A DNA stretch of 64,000 nucleotides from an uncultured Gammaproteobacteria bacterium. GTDB taxonomy: Bacteria > Pseudomonadota > Gammaproteobacteria > Steroidobacterales > GCA-2729495. Under the pieces are notes generated by a model. The model worked only from the letters and a program-made list of their open reading frames with translations. It did no database searches and was not told where the DNA came from. A program made the position numbers and the translations under genes. Shown here one piece after another: positions 9,385 through 18,407 of the stretch. The stretch is from assembly GCA_942490785.1 (NCBI GenBank), contig CALNYJ010000004.1, positions 700,427-764,426 of the forward strand. Reading direction: 5' to 3'. Position 1 is the first letter of the stretch. Each line of letters begins with the position of its first letter.

Positions 9385-10215
9385 TTAAATGTCCCCGCGC
9401 CCCGCGACCGGCCGCGCCGGATCGCTGATCCAGCCGCTCCATGAACCGACGTACAGTCTGGCCGGCGGCAGGCCTGCGAGTTCCATCGCAAACAAGTTAT
9501 GGCACGCCGTCACGCCGGATCCGCACATCGAGGCGACGTCGGACGGCTGATCTCTGAGCAAATCGCCAAACTCGGCACGCAGCTTTTCGGCCGGCTTGAA
9601 ACAACCGTGCTCATCCAGATTCATGCTCAAGGGGCGATTAATGGCACCGGGCACGTGGCCGGCTACCTTGTCGATTGGCTCTGCGTCACCGGCAAAGCGC
9701 CCGGCATCGCGGGCATCAATCAGCGTCAATTGCTGATGTGCGAGGCCCGCTTCCACCTCGTCCACCGGGATGACGCCAACCGCCGGCTCGCTCACCGGGT
9801 AGCGGCCGCTGACCAACACCGGTGCCTCGGTCGACAGCGGCAAACCTGCCGCCTCCCAGGCCGGCAAACCACCGTCCAGCAGCAGCGCGTGGCGATGCCC
9901 GACCCACCGCAGCAGCCACCACAGGCGCGCAGCGACGGCGCCACTGGCGTTGTCGTAGGCCACCACCGCTGTTTCGGGCGTGACACCCCAACTGCCCAGT
10001 AACGCCGCGAACTGCTCACGATCGGGCAAGGGATGCCGACCGGTCATGGGGCCGACCGGGCTCGCCAGATCCTTATCGAGATCGGCGTAGTACGCGCCCG
10101 GGATGTGACCGGCCTGCCATGCTTTGCGTCCGGCCGGAGGATCAAGCAGATTAAACCGACAATCAACGATGACTGCATCGGGATGTTTGGCAAGATCCTG
10201 CGCGGTTATCAACAT
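9385..10215 (-). CDS. sseA: 3-mercaptopyruvate/thiosulfate sulfurtransferase (tandem rhodanese)
   Basis: 276 aa with two rhodanese-like halves. The active-site loop CGSGVTA is typical of mercaptopyruvate sulfurtransferases. Confidence 0.65.
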   Translation of the reverse strand: MLITAQDLAKHPDAVIVDCRFNLLDPPAGRKAWQAGHIPGAYYADLDKDLASPVGPMTGRHPLPDREQFAALLGSWGVTPETAVVAYDNASGAVAARLWWLLRWVGHRHALLLDGGLPAWEAAGLPLSTEAPVLVSGRYPVSEPAVGVIPVDEVEAGLAHQQLTLIDARDAGRFAGDAEPIDKVAGHVPGAINRPLSMNLDEHGCFKPAEKLRAEFGDLLRDQPSDVASMCGSGVTACHNLFAMELAGLPPARLYVGSWSGWISDPARPVAGRGDI

Positions 10216-10421
10216 ACGGACTCGTTATCCTCTAGTGGATGCGATTAAGCCACAGCGTTGAGTTTTATCACTCCGCGCCGGACTTGTAACGCCGGCTAAG
10301 GATATTAGAAAATACTCGCCTGTGCGCGGCCCTGGCAACACAGCCAGCGCCCCTAACGGTCGCGCAAACCGGCACTCCCTCCGAGTTCGCCATACAATGC
10401 CGGGGCAATCAGGAGCTTTGA

Positions 10422-11174
10422 ATGAATAAGATACTCGTCTGCATCAAGCGAGTCGTTGATTACAACGTGCGCATCCGCGTCAAACCGGACGGCAGTGGCG
10501 TCGTCACCGATGGCGTGAAGATGAGCGTGAACCCCTTCGATGAAATCGCCATTGAAGAAGCCCTGCGCATTCGGGAAGCCGGCAACGCGCAGGAAGTGGT
10601 GGTCGTCAGCATCGGCGACGGCGAAAGCCAGCAACAACTGCGCACCGGGTTGGCGATGGGTGCCGACCGCGCCATCCTGATCGAAACCAACAACGAGGTC
10701 GATCCGCTGGCAGCCGCGCACGCCTTCAAGGCGCTGATTGATACCGAAAACCCCGACCTCGTGATCATGGGCAAACAGGCCATTGATGACGACTGCAACC
10801 AGACGGGACAAATGCTGGCCGCGCTCTGGAATCGTCCGCAAGCCACCTTTGCATCCAAGCTAGAACTCAACGGCAACACCGCGCGTGTCACCCGCGAAGT
10901 GGATGCCGGGCTGGAAACCATTGAAGTCGATTTACCGGCGGTTGTGACTACCGATTTGCGGCTGAACGAACCGCGCTACGTCAAACTGCCGGACATCATG
11001 AAAGCGAAAAAGAAACCGCTGGAAACACTGCAGCTCAGCGATCTGGTGGCCGACACGGCCGTGCAGATTAACGCCACCGGCTGGGCTACACCGCAGGCAC
11101 GCGGCAAGGGCATCATGGTGAACAGCGTGGACGAACTCGTCAGCGCACTCCGCGACAAAGGTCTGGTCGCCTGA
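10422..11174 (+). CDS. etfB: electron transfer flavoprotein beta subunit
   Basis: 250 aa. MNKILVCIKRVVDYNVRIRVKPDG...VNPFDEIAIEEALR is canonical EtfB. It is followed by etfA. Confidence 0.85.
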   Translation: MNKILVCIKRVVDYNVRIRVKPDGSGVVTDGVKMSVNPFDEIAIEEALRIREAGNAQEVVVVSIGDGESQQQLRTGLAMGADRAILIETNNEVDPLAAAHAFKALIDTENPDLVIMGKQAIDDDCNQTGQMLAALWNRPQATFASKLELNGNTARVTREVDAGLETIEVDLPAVVTTDLRLNEPRYVKLPDIMKAKKKPLETLQLSDLVADTAVQINATGWATPQARGKGIMVNSVDELVSALRDKGLVA

Positions 11175-11200
11175 GCGACCCGACGCATTAGGATAAAAAC

Positions 11201-12142
11201 ATGACCAAGGTTTTGATTGTTGCCGAACTCGACGGCCATACATTAAACAGCAGCACCCGCAAATGCGTCGCCTGCGCCGCCAGGCTAGGGGCAGACAGCA
11301 TCGACGTACTGGTGCTCAGCGACAATTGCGCGGATGCCGCCAACGCTGCGGTGACCATTGAGGGCGTCAGCAAAGTACTGACCGTCGAAGCCGCTCATAA
11401 CGGCGCCCCACTCGCGGCCGTGCTCGCCCCGCAAATTGCGGCTGCAGCAGACGGGTACACCCACGTGTTTGGCCCCTCCACCACCTTCGGCAAAGACGTG
11501 ATGCCGCGCGTGGCTGCACTGCTCGGTGTCGGACAGGTCAGCGACATCATGAGCGTCGAATCGGCTCGCACGTTTACACGCCCTGTTTATGCAGGTAACG
11601 CGTTACTGAGCGTCGCGGTGCCCGAAGGCAAGATCGTGGTTGCCACGGTCCGCACCGCTTCCTGGAAAGATGCAGCGGACGGCGGCAATGCCGCGGTCGA
11701 GGCACTGCAAGTGAATTGCGAAATCCCGACCCACACCCGCTTCGTCGAACTGGCCGCCGCGGCCAGCGAACGCCCCGACTTACAGACCGCGAAAAAAGTC
11801 ATCTCCGGCGGCCGCGGTGTCGGCAGCGCAGAAAACTTCGACATCATTTACAAACTTGCTGACAAAATCGGTGCCGGCGTCGGCGCATCGCGCGCTGCCG
11901 TGGACGCCGGTTACGTGGCAAATGATATGCAGGTCGGCCAGACCGGCAAAATCATTGCACCGGAACTCTACATGGCCATTGGTATATCCGGTGCGATTCA
12001 GCACCTCACCGGCATCAAGGATGCAGGCACGATTGTGGCGATCAATAAAGACCCGGAAGCACCGATCTTTGAGATCGCGGACATCGGGCTGGTTGGGGAT
12101 TTGTTTGAGATCGTGCCTGAGCTGGAAGGGAAGCTGGGTTAG
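11201..12142 (+). CDS. etfA: electron transfer flavoprotein alpha subunit
   Basis: 313 aa. The C-terminal FAD-binding region reads VISGGRGVGS...GASRAAVDAGY...QVGQTGKIIAPELYMAIGISGAIQH. Confidence 0.85.
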   Translation: MTKVLIVAELDGHTLNSSTRKCVACAARLGADSIDVLVLSDNCADAANAAVTIEGVSKVLTVEAAHNGAPLAAVLAPQIAAAADGYTHVFGPSTTFGKDVMPRVAALLGVGQVSDIMSVESARTFTRPVYAGNALLSVAVPEGKIVVATVRTASWKDAADGGNAAVEALQVNCEIPTHTRFVELAAAASERPDLQTAKKVISGGRGVGSAENFDIIYKLADKIGAGVGASRAAVDAGYVANDMQVGQTGKIIAPELYMAIGISGAIQHLTGIKDAGTIVAINKDPEAPIFEIADIGLVGDLFEIVPELEGKLG

Positions 12143-12162
12143 GGTTGAAAGGAAGGGCCGCA

Positions 12163-12924
12163 TTACTGACTTTCAAGAAATGGGGCTTTTTCGATAAATT
12201 CCTCTGAATCGATTTGTTCGATAACAAAATGCGCCAATTCACCGGCCCGCAACGTAAACGATGAAGGCGTAGCAAGCGATGCGTTGGGATAATGCTTAAA
12301 CGGTTTGTCCCTGATCAAAGGGCATCGCACCAGCGTCCACTGAAGGCCACTATCAGCAAGCAATTGGTACTCTGCCTGTTTATCTTTCACGACGTCATTC
12401 AGTGCTAACAACGCCAGTTTCTGTACCAGCCATCCCGTCAGGTTTCGCTCGTCACCTGATATATCGACAGCAGCCCCAGAAACCACAATATAGCGCTTAA
12501 TATTATGCTCTGGCATCAACTGGATAATATGACCAGTGGCCACAGTGCTGATCGATTTTGAGGCCGACCCGTCAGCTTTGACCGGGCCCAATGCACTGAT
12601 AACTACATCGCTCCCTTCCAACACTGCATTAATCGCCGAAAGATCTCTGGCGTCGCCTTCAACAATCGTTATCTTGTCTTTTAGTGCGTGAAGTTTTTGT
12701 GGCGTGCGGGCCAACGCTTTGATGTCATATCCCTGCGCGAGAGCCTCTTGGATAAGATATCCACCCACCATGCCGGTAGCGCCCAACATCGCAACAGTAA
12801 TATTTTTCTTTGGAACTACGCTGGCGTCGACATCGGGCAAAGAAGCAGCCTGCCTGTCGGTAGATGCACAGGCAGAAAGCATTAGCGCTGCTACGAAAAT
12901 TAGAATTCTTGTTTTAATTGCCAA
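12163..12924 (-). CDS. NAD(P)H-binding (NmrA/atypical SDR-like) protein with a lipoprotein-type signal peptide
   Basis: 253 aa. The N-terminal MAIKTRILIFVAALMLSAC has a lipobox (LSAC). The Rossmann motif LGATGMVGG follows. Confidence 0.6.
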   Translation of the reverse strand: MAIKTRILIFVAALMLSACASTDRQAASLPDVDASVVPKKNITVAMLGATGMVGGYLIQEALAQGYDIKALARTPQKLHALKDKITIVEGDARDLSAINAVLEGSDVVISALGPVKADGSASKSISTVATGHIIQLMPEHNIKRYIVVSGAAVDISGDERNLTGWLVQKLALLALNDVVKDKQAEYQLLADSGLQWTLVRCPLIRDKPFKHYPNASLATPSSFTLRAGELAHFVIEQIDSEEFIEKAPFLESQ

Positions 12925-13014
12925 CGACTCTATCTTTCATGATCTCGGCCGCAATTGCCCCGATCCCGGCAATTTGTCGAAATTTTCCAGAGACTTGTCA
13001 TGCAGGCAGTATAG

Positions 13015-13041
13015 AAAAGCCCGCACTAAGGCGGGCTTTTT
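13015..13041 (-). terminator. rho-independent terminator hairpin (bidirectional shape) downstream of 13061..13765
   Basis: aaaaGCCCGCactaagGCGGGCttttt: a 6-bp GC stem (13019-13024/13031-13036) flanked by A and T runs, 20 nt after the minus-strand stop codon. Confidence 0.55.
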
Positions 13042-13060
13042 CGAGTCGCACGAAGCCGCC

Positions 13061-13765
13061 CTAATAAACCGTACCGCTGCGATTGATGATGCCGACGAAC
13101 CCTGAAAAGAATACACCCGCCCAGATCATAAACACCCAGACGCGCACCTGCATCAGGCTCTTGCGCTGTGCCTCGTTCTCTTCGGCGGTGGGCATTTCGC
13201 CTGCACGGCACTTCATCAGCACCGAGAAGAACGGCCCGATCTTGCCGCGCACCATGATGCCGCAGAACACCAGAAACGCGAACATCAGCAGCTTGCCGGC
13301 CACCCAGGGGTATTCAGCCAGTCGATTCGATTCCCAATGCAATACCACCGAGATCGGAATACCAATCACCACGGCCCAGCGAATGAACATGTCGAACTTC
13401 GCAACCAGCGGATAGGCTTTGCTGCCGTGACGAAAGTGCAGATACATCACGCAGAAAAGCCACACCGGCCCGAGCAGCACGATGCCGATCTTCTGGTACC
13501 ACGGATGCGGTATGCCGATGAACTCGGTCAGGATGCCACCGACCGTCAACATAAGGCTCATGCAGACACGCGGTATCTGATCAAGATCCAGCATGATCTT
13601 GGCCGAGATAGCGCGTGCTTCCGGCGAGATATCCGGTTTGATCACAAACTTACTGGAATAAAAAACGCCCAGGTCGCCGCCCAGCCAATACACAAACAGC
13701 AGCACGTGGATAATCACCATCACCTGGTGAATAGGCCCGCCCTGCAAGTCGATTAACGTCTCCAC
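13061..13765 (-). CDS. hypothetical integral membrane protein (about 6 TM)
   Basis: 234-aa ORF with several long hydrophobic helices. Family not recognised. Confidence 0.5.
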   Translation of the reverse strand: METLIDLQGGPIHQVMVIIHVLLFVYWLGGDLGVFYSSKFVIKPDISPEARAISAKIMLDLDQIPRVCMSLMLTVGGILTEFIGIPHPWYQKIGIVLLGPVWLFCVMYLHFRHGSKAYPLVAKFDMFIRWAVVIGIPISVVLHWESNRLAEYPWVAGKLLMFAFLVFCGIMVRGKIGPFFSVLMKCRAGEMPTAEENEAQRKSLMQVRVWVFMIWAGVFFSGFVGIINRSGTVY

Positions 13766-13802
13766 TGTTAACTCCCGCGTGTTTTGCGCTTGTATATTTT
13801 AC

Positions 13803-14288
13803 TTAGGCAGTCTGGCCGATCGCGTATTCGCAACTGCTGACGTCAAACTGGCCGGGTGCTTCCACGTTCAGTTGCTCCACGACACCGTCATTAACGATGA
13901 TCGAAAAGCGCTGCCCGCGCGTACCCATGCCAAAGCCGCTGGCATCAAGGTCCAGCCCTAATGCTTTCGCGTAAGTCGCGTTGCCGTCTGCCAGCATCAT
14001 GACTTTGTCGCCCGCGCCCTGATCTTTGCCCCATGCATCCATTACGAACACGTCGTTAACCGAAGTGCAGGCGATGGTGTCAATTCCATTCGCCTTGAGC
14101 TCGTCTGCTTTTTTCACGTAGCCTGGCAGGTGCTTTTGTGAACAGGTCGGGGTAAACGCGCCCGGCACCGAAAACAGCACCACGCGTTTGCCGCCGAACA
14201 ACTCGTCGGTAGAAATTTTGCCCGGGCCATCTTTGCCCATTACTGAAAACTCGCCGGCCGGCATCTTGTCGCCGATTTTGATCGTCAT
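13803..14288 (-). CDS. peroxiredoxin, Prx5 subfamily (AhpC/TSA fold)
   Basis: 161 aa with the PGAFTPTCS peroxidatic-Cys motif. An AGGAG Shine-Dalgarno lies upstream of the ATG. Confidence 0.8.
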   Translation of the reverse strand: MTIKIGDKMPAGEFSVMGKDGPGKISTDELFGGKRVVLFSVPGAFTPTCSQKHLPGYVKKADELKANGIDTIACTSVNDVFVMDAWGKDQGAGDKVMMLADGNATYAKALGLDLDASGFGMGTRGQRFSIIVNDGVVEQLNVEAPGQFDVSSCEYAIGQTA

Positions 14289-14311
14289 GGTGAACTCCTG
14301 AAATTATTCTT

Positions 14312-14341
14312 GGTTCTTAACACTGCGGTTCTTAACACTGC
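14312..14341. repeat. perfect tandem duplication, 2 x 15 bp (GGTTCTTAACACTGC)
   Basis: Read directly: 14312-14326 and 14327-14341 are identical. They lie 24-53 nt upstream of the peroxiredoxin start codon (14288, minus strand). Confidence 0.85.
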
Positions 14342-14419
14342 GCGTCACAGGCTGCGACGGCTATTGTCGGGATTGTAACCTCGGGCGGCCTGCCAGAGAA
14401 ATAAGCATAAGAAATGCGC

Positions 14420-15679
14420 CTAACTGACAAATGTCATTACCAGCCAGGGCGAAAACGCAATGAACAGCAGGCACGCGACCATGATCAGCAAAAACGGCAA
14501 CACGGCGCGGCAGATATCCCAGAACGATTCACGAAACACGCCCATGGCCACAATCAGGTTCAAACCCAGCGGCGGCGTCAGGTAGCCGATTTCAAGGTTC
14601 ATCACCATGATCACGCCAAAGTGCACGGCATCGACCCCGTTATCGGCTGCCAGCGGCGCGAGCACCGGGGCCAGCACGAGTATTGCGGAGCCAATGTCCA
14701 TCAAGCAGCCGATCAACAACAAAAAGGCATTGGTACCGATCATCATCACGGTGGGGTCACTGATGCGCTGACCCAGCCACGCCACCATCGCATCGGGCAC
14801 TTGCTGATACGTCAGAAACATGTTCAGACTGAATGCCAGCATCAGCACCGGAAACAACGAGCCGAGCAAGCGCCCGGTGCCGGCGGTCACGTCGGCAAGA
14901 TCTTTGAAATTCAGGTCGCGGTATAAATACACCTCGATCAGCAAGGCGTACACCACGGCAACGGCCGCCGACTCCGTGGGCGTGAATATGCCCGAATAAA
15001 TGCCGCCGAGTATCAGCACCGGCATAAACAGTGCCCAGATGCCTTCACGCAGCGCAGAACCAATTTCGCTGCGCGACCAATCGTCGCCACGGTTATGGCG
15101 GTTCAGCCATACCGAGTAAATAACCAGCACAGTCGTCAGCAACAAACCCGGCGCAATACCGGCCAGAAATAAATCCGCAATGCTGGTGCGGGTCATCACG
15201 CCGTACAAGATCATCGGGATGCTCGGCGGAATGATCACGCCCAGCGTCCCGCCGGTGCACAACGCACCGATGGCATAGCGCTTGCTGTAACCCGCCTGCA
15301 GCAGCGCGGGATACATCACGCCGCCCACCGCAACCAGTGTGACCGTCCCCGAACCGGTGACGGCTGCGAACAACGCACACGACAAAATCGTGGCCGCACC
15401 CAGACCGCCGGGGATCGGGCCAGTTAACGCGCGCATGACGCGTATCAGCCGCCCTGCCAGTGCCCCGCGCGCCATGATGTTGCCCGCCAGCACGTACAGC
15501 GGGATAGACAACAGAATATCTTTGTTAAGCGCGCTCCAGGCGTCGAGGATGATGCCGTCCAGGCCCTCGCCTGCGAACACGACATAGGCGTAGGCCGTCG
15601 CACAACCCAGCACCACGAACAGGTTTTGCCGCAGCATCAGCAAACCCACAACCATCAGCGGCAAATACACCGCACTCAT
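14420..15679 (-). CDS. dctM: TRAP transporter large permease subunit
   Basis: 419-aa polytopic ORF with DctM-like composition. A 4-nt overlap with the upstream DctQ-like gene. Confidence 0.8.
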   Translation of the reverse strand: MSAVYLPLMVVGLLMLRQNLFVVLGCATAYAYVVFAGEGLDGIILDAWSALNKDILLSIPLYVLAGNIMARGALAGRLIRVMRALTGPIPGGLGAATILSCALFAAVTGSGTVTLVAVGGVMYPALLQAGYSKRYAIGALCTGGTLGVIIPPSIPMILYGVMTRTSIADLFLAGIAPGLLLTTVLVIYSVWLNRHNRGDDWSRSEIGSALREGIWALFMPVLILGGIYSGIFTPTESAAVAVVYALLIEVYLYRDLNFKDLADVTAGTGRLLGSLFPVLMLAFSLNMFLTYQQVPDAMVAWLGQRISDPTVMMIGTNAFLLLIGCLMDIGSAILVLAPVLAPLAADNGVDAVHFGVIMVMNLEIGYLTPPLGLNLIVAMGVFRESFWDICRAVLPFLLIMVACLLFIAFSPWLVMTFVS

Positions 15680-16233
15680 GTGCTGTGGCTCTCGTCGTGC
15701 CGTTTAGGCTGATCGGCATTGATATCGAACGCACCGCTGTCGGCCGGCCGCAGGCGCGCAAAGAACGCATAGATGAGGTGACGCAAAGCGGCTGCAAAAA
15801 ACGCCAGCGGCAGTAATGCCTGCACCGGCCATACCGGCCAGAACAACGTGAGCTCGACCGCGCCCAGCTGATACGAATCCAGCACGACCGTGAGCGATAC
15901 CCAACCGATCGCAATACAGAACAGCGCCATCAGCAGGTGCTGCAGCACACCCAGCAGTTCATTCCAGCTTGCCGGGAACAGTTCATCGAGAAAGCGCGGT
16001 CGCAGGTGAGCGCCGCTGGCCGATGCCAGACCAAAACCCGCCATCACCACCGCCACATTGGCCCACACACCGATTTGCGATGCCCAGTGCAGGCCGGCGG
16101 CTGTTAACTCACGACTTAGCACATCGGCAAACAGCACCGCCACCAGTACCGCGAAGGCGGCAATGCACAGCCAGCGCTCTACCCGGCCGACCAGCGCCAG
16201 CACACGTTGTGCCGATTGCTCAGTCATGCGCAC
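15676..16233 (-). CDS. dctQ: TRAP transporter small permease subunit
   Basis: 185 aa, 4 TM. Its position immediately upstream of and overlapping dctM is typical of DctQ. Confidence 0.7.
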   Translation of the reverse strand: MRMTEQSAQRVLALVGRVERWLCIAAFAVLVAVLFADVLSRELTAAGLHWASQIGVWANVAVVMAGFGLASASGAHLRPRFLDELFPASWNELLGVLQHLLMALFCIAIGWVSLTVVLDSYQLGAVELTLFWPVWPVQALLPLAFFAAALRHLIYAFFARLRPADSGAFDINADQPKRHDESHST

Positions 16234-17527
16234 CGCGCGGATCCAGCAACGCTATACGCGGTACAAAAATATTGATGAGCACTGCCGACACAATATGCAT
16301 GCACGCGGCGGCTACGAAGATTGGCGTCCATGAATAGTTTTCAATTGTCCAGCCGGCAACGTATTGAAACAGCCCGGCACCGGCACTGCCGACTGCACCG
16401 TAAATACCCCAGATGGTTCCCACGTCGCGCGCTGGAAACAAATCGGCGGGCAACGTAAACATGCTGGATGCTTTAACCTGAATCGCGAACATGGCCAGCG
16501 CAATCAGCGCCACGGCTTCCCACGCCGACTCGGTCGACGCGGCTGGCATCGCGGCTAATACCAGCAATGCACCCACCCACAAAACCGTCTTGCGCGCCCG
16601 ATCCAGAGTCATGCCGCGGTCCATGAGTTTTTTGCCCGAATAACCGCCGACAAAGCTGCCGATATCGGCTGCGCCAAAGACGACAATCGCGAACAATCCG
16701 ATCTCGCCCAGATTGAAGCCGCGAACATCGCCCAGGTACTTGGGCAACCAGAACACAAAAAAGTAAAACGCGCCGTCCGAGACGAAGCGACTGATCATCA
16801 ATCCCCACACTTCGGGATAACGAAAAGCCCACAACCACGAACGGCCGGCAACCGCGGCATCGGGTTCGCTGTCGCGCAGGATCAGTTCACGTTCGGCCTC
16901 CGGCAAATTGGGATGCTCGGCGGGCAAATAAAACCACTTCCACCATAAAAACAGCCACAAGAAACCGATGGCACCCGGAATCAGGAACGCGGCCTCCCAA
17001 CCCCACAACGTCACCACACCCGGTGTCCATGGCGTGCCAATCATCAGCGGCGGCGCGAGTATCGCACCCAGGCCCGGCCCCATCGTGAAGATGCCAACGA
17101 CAAAACTGCGCTCTTCTTTTGGAAACCACTCAGCCGTGGCTTTGGTGGCCAGCGGAAAGTTCGCGGCTTCGGCCAGACCGAGCAACACCCGCAGCGAAAA
17201 AAAGCTCAGAAAGCCGCGCCCGATGGCATGCAGCATCGTCGCGAGGCTCCACGCAATGACCGCGATCGAAAATGAACGGCGCGTGCCCAGCTTGTCAATC
17301 AGCGGCCCGGACAACAACTGGCCGATGCCATAGGCAAACAAAAAACCCGATGTGATGAGCCCGTATTCGCTGTTACTGATATCAAACAGATCGGACAAAA
17401 TCGTTGACGTCATCGTCAACGCCTGCCGATCAATGTAGTTAATCGTGGTGATCAGGCACAGCAGGATAGCTATCCGCCAGCGATACGCCAGGAAGCCCTC
17501 GGTTGATACTGGATGGGCGCTGGCCAT
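16220..17527 (-). CDS. MFS transporter, ACS (anion:cation symporter)/ExuT-like family
   Basis: 435 aa. INYIDRQAL, GPLIDKLGTRR and LGLAEAANFP are typical of ACS-family MFS permeases. Confidence 0.75.
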   Translation of the reverse strand: MASAHPVSTEGFLAYRWRIAILLCLITTINYIDRQALTMTSTILSDLFDISNSEYGLITSGFLFAYGIGQLLSGPLIDKLGTRRSFSIAVIAWSLATMLHAIGRGFLSFFSLRVLLGLAEAANFPLATKATAEWFPKEERSFVVGIFTMGPGLGAILAPPLMIGTPWTPGVVTLWGWEAAFLIPGAIGFLWLFLWWKWFYLPAEHPNLPEAERELILRDSEPDAAVAGRSWLWAFRYPEVWGLMISRFVSDGAFYFFVFWLPKYLGDVRGFNLGEIGLFAIVVFGAADIGSFVGGYSGKKLMDRGMTLDRARKTVLWVGALLVLAAMPAASTESAWEAVALIALAMFAIQVKASSMFTLPADLFPARDVGTIWGIYGAVGSAGAGLFQYVAGWTIENYSWTPIFVAAACMHIVSAVLINIFVPRIALLDPRGAHD

Positions 17528-18240
17528 CAGTACGGCAGCACTGACCCGTCATAGGCAGTCAACTGGCCCAGCTGATCGGCATCGAGCTTCGCAATCACAT
17601 CCATCACACCCTCGACGGATTCCGACGGATCAATCTCGGCACCGGGCCCGCCCATGTCGGTACGTGCCCATCCGGGATGCAGCGCGACGGCGATGATGCC
17701 GCGCCCAGCCAGATCAATACCCATGGAGTGCATCATCATGTTCACCGCCGCCTTGCTGGTGCGGTAAGCATACATCCCTCCGCTCGTGTTCAGACCCATG
17801 GAGCCCATCATGCTGGATAGCGTCACGATTTTCTTTTGCTCACTGCGCGCAACGTGCTCGACAAATGCTTCTGCCATCTTCATCGGCCCGAACAAATTGA
17901 CCCGCAGCACCTGCTCCCAGTTGGCGTAATCGGTGTTGCCGAAAGCCTGATGCTCGACACCGCCTTCGGCAAAACCGAAACGACCGTAGGTGCCGGCATT
18001 GTTTAACAACACATCAATGGCCCGCCCTTGCAGCCGCGCGGCCAGATCGTCGACGGCGGCATGATTCGCGACATCCAGCGGCTCGATACTCAGCGCGGCA
18101 TGACGTTGCGCGAGCGCCTGCAACTCCGGTGAAGCTTGCCGACAGCACGCAATAACCTTCCACCCCATCTCCGCATAAGCCCCGGCAAAGCCAAGCCCCA
18201 GGCCCCGGTTTGCACCCGTCACTAAAACCGTACTGATCAA
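17527..18240 (-). CDS. short-chain dehydrogenase/reductase (SDR)
   Basis: 237 aa with TGANRGLG, NNAG and YRTSKAA motifs. It is a paralog of 20059..20766. Confidence 0.75.
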   Translation of the reverse strand: MISTVLVTGANRGLGLGFAGAYAEMGWKVIACCRQASPELQALAQRHAALSIEPLDVANHAAVDDLAARLQGRAIDVLLNNAGTYGRFGFAEGGVEHQAFGNTDYANWEQVLRVNLFGPMKMAEAFVEHVARSEQKKIVTLSSMMGSMGLNTSGGMYAYRTSKAAVNMMMHSMGIDLAGRGIIAVALHPGWARTDMGGPGAEIDPSESVEGVMDVIAKLDADQLGQLTAYDGSVLPY

Positions 18241-18407
18241 CTGACAACTCCCCGCGCGATTGAAATTGCAGTGATTATTCCAGAACTTGCCCGGTTAAGG
18301 TCAAATCGTGGGGAAAACAGGCGCCCTGAGGCTTGCAGCCTGCCGGCGCAATTCCTACCATGAGCGGCTTAATCAATAAAAATGCACTTGCCTGAGGAAT
18401 AACGATC

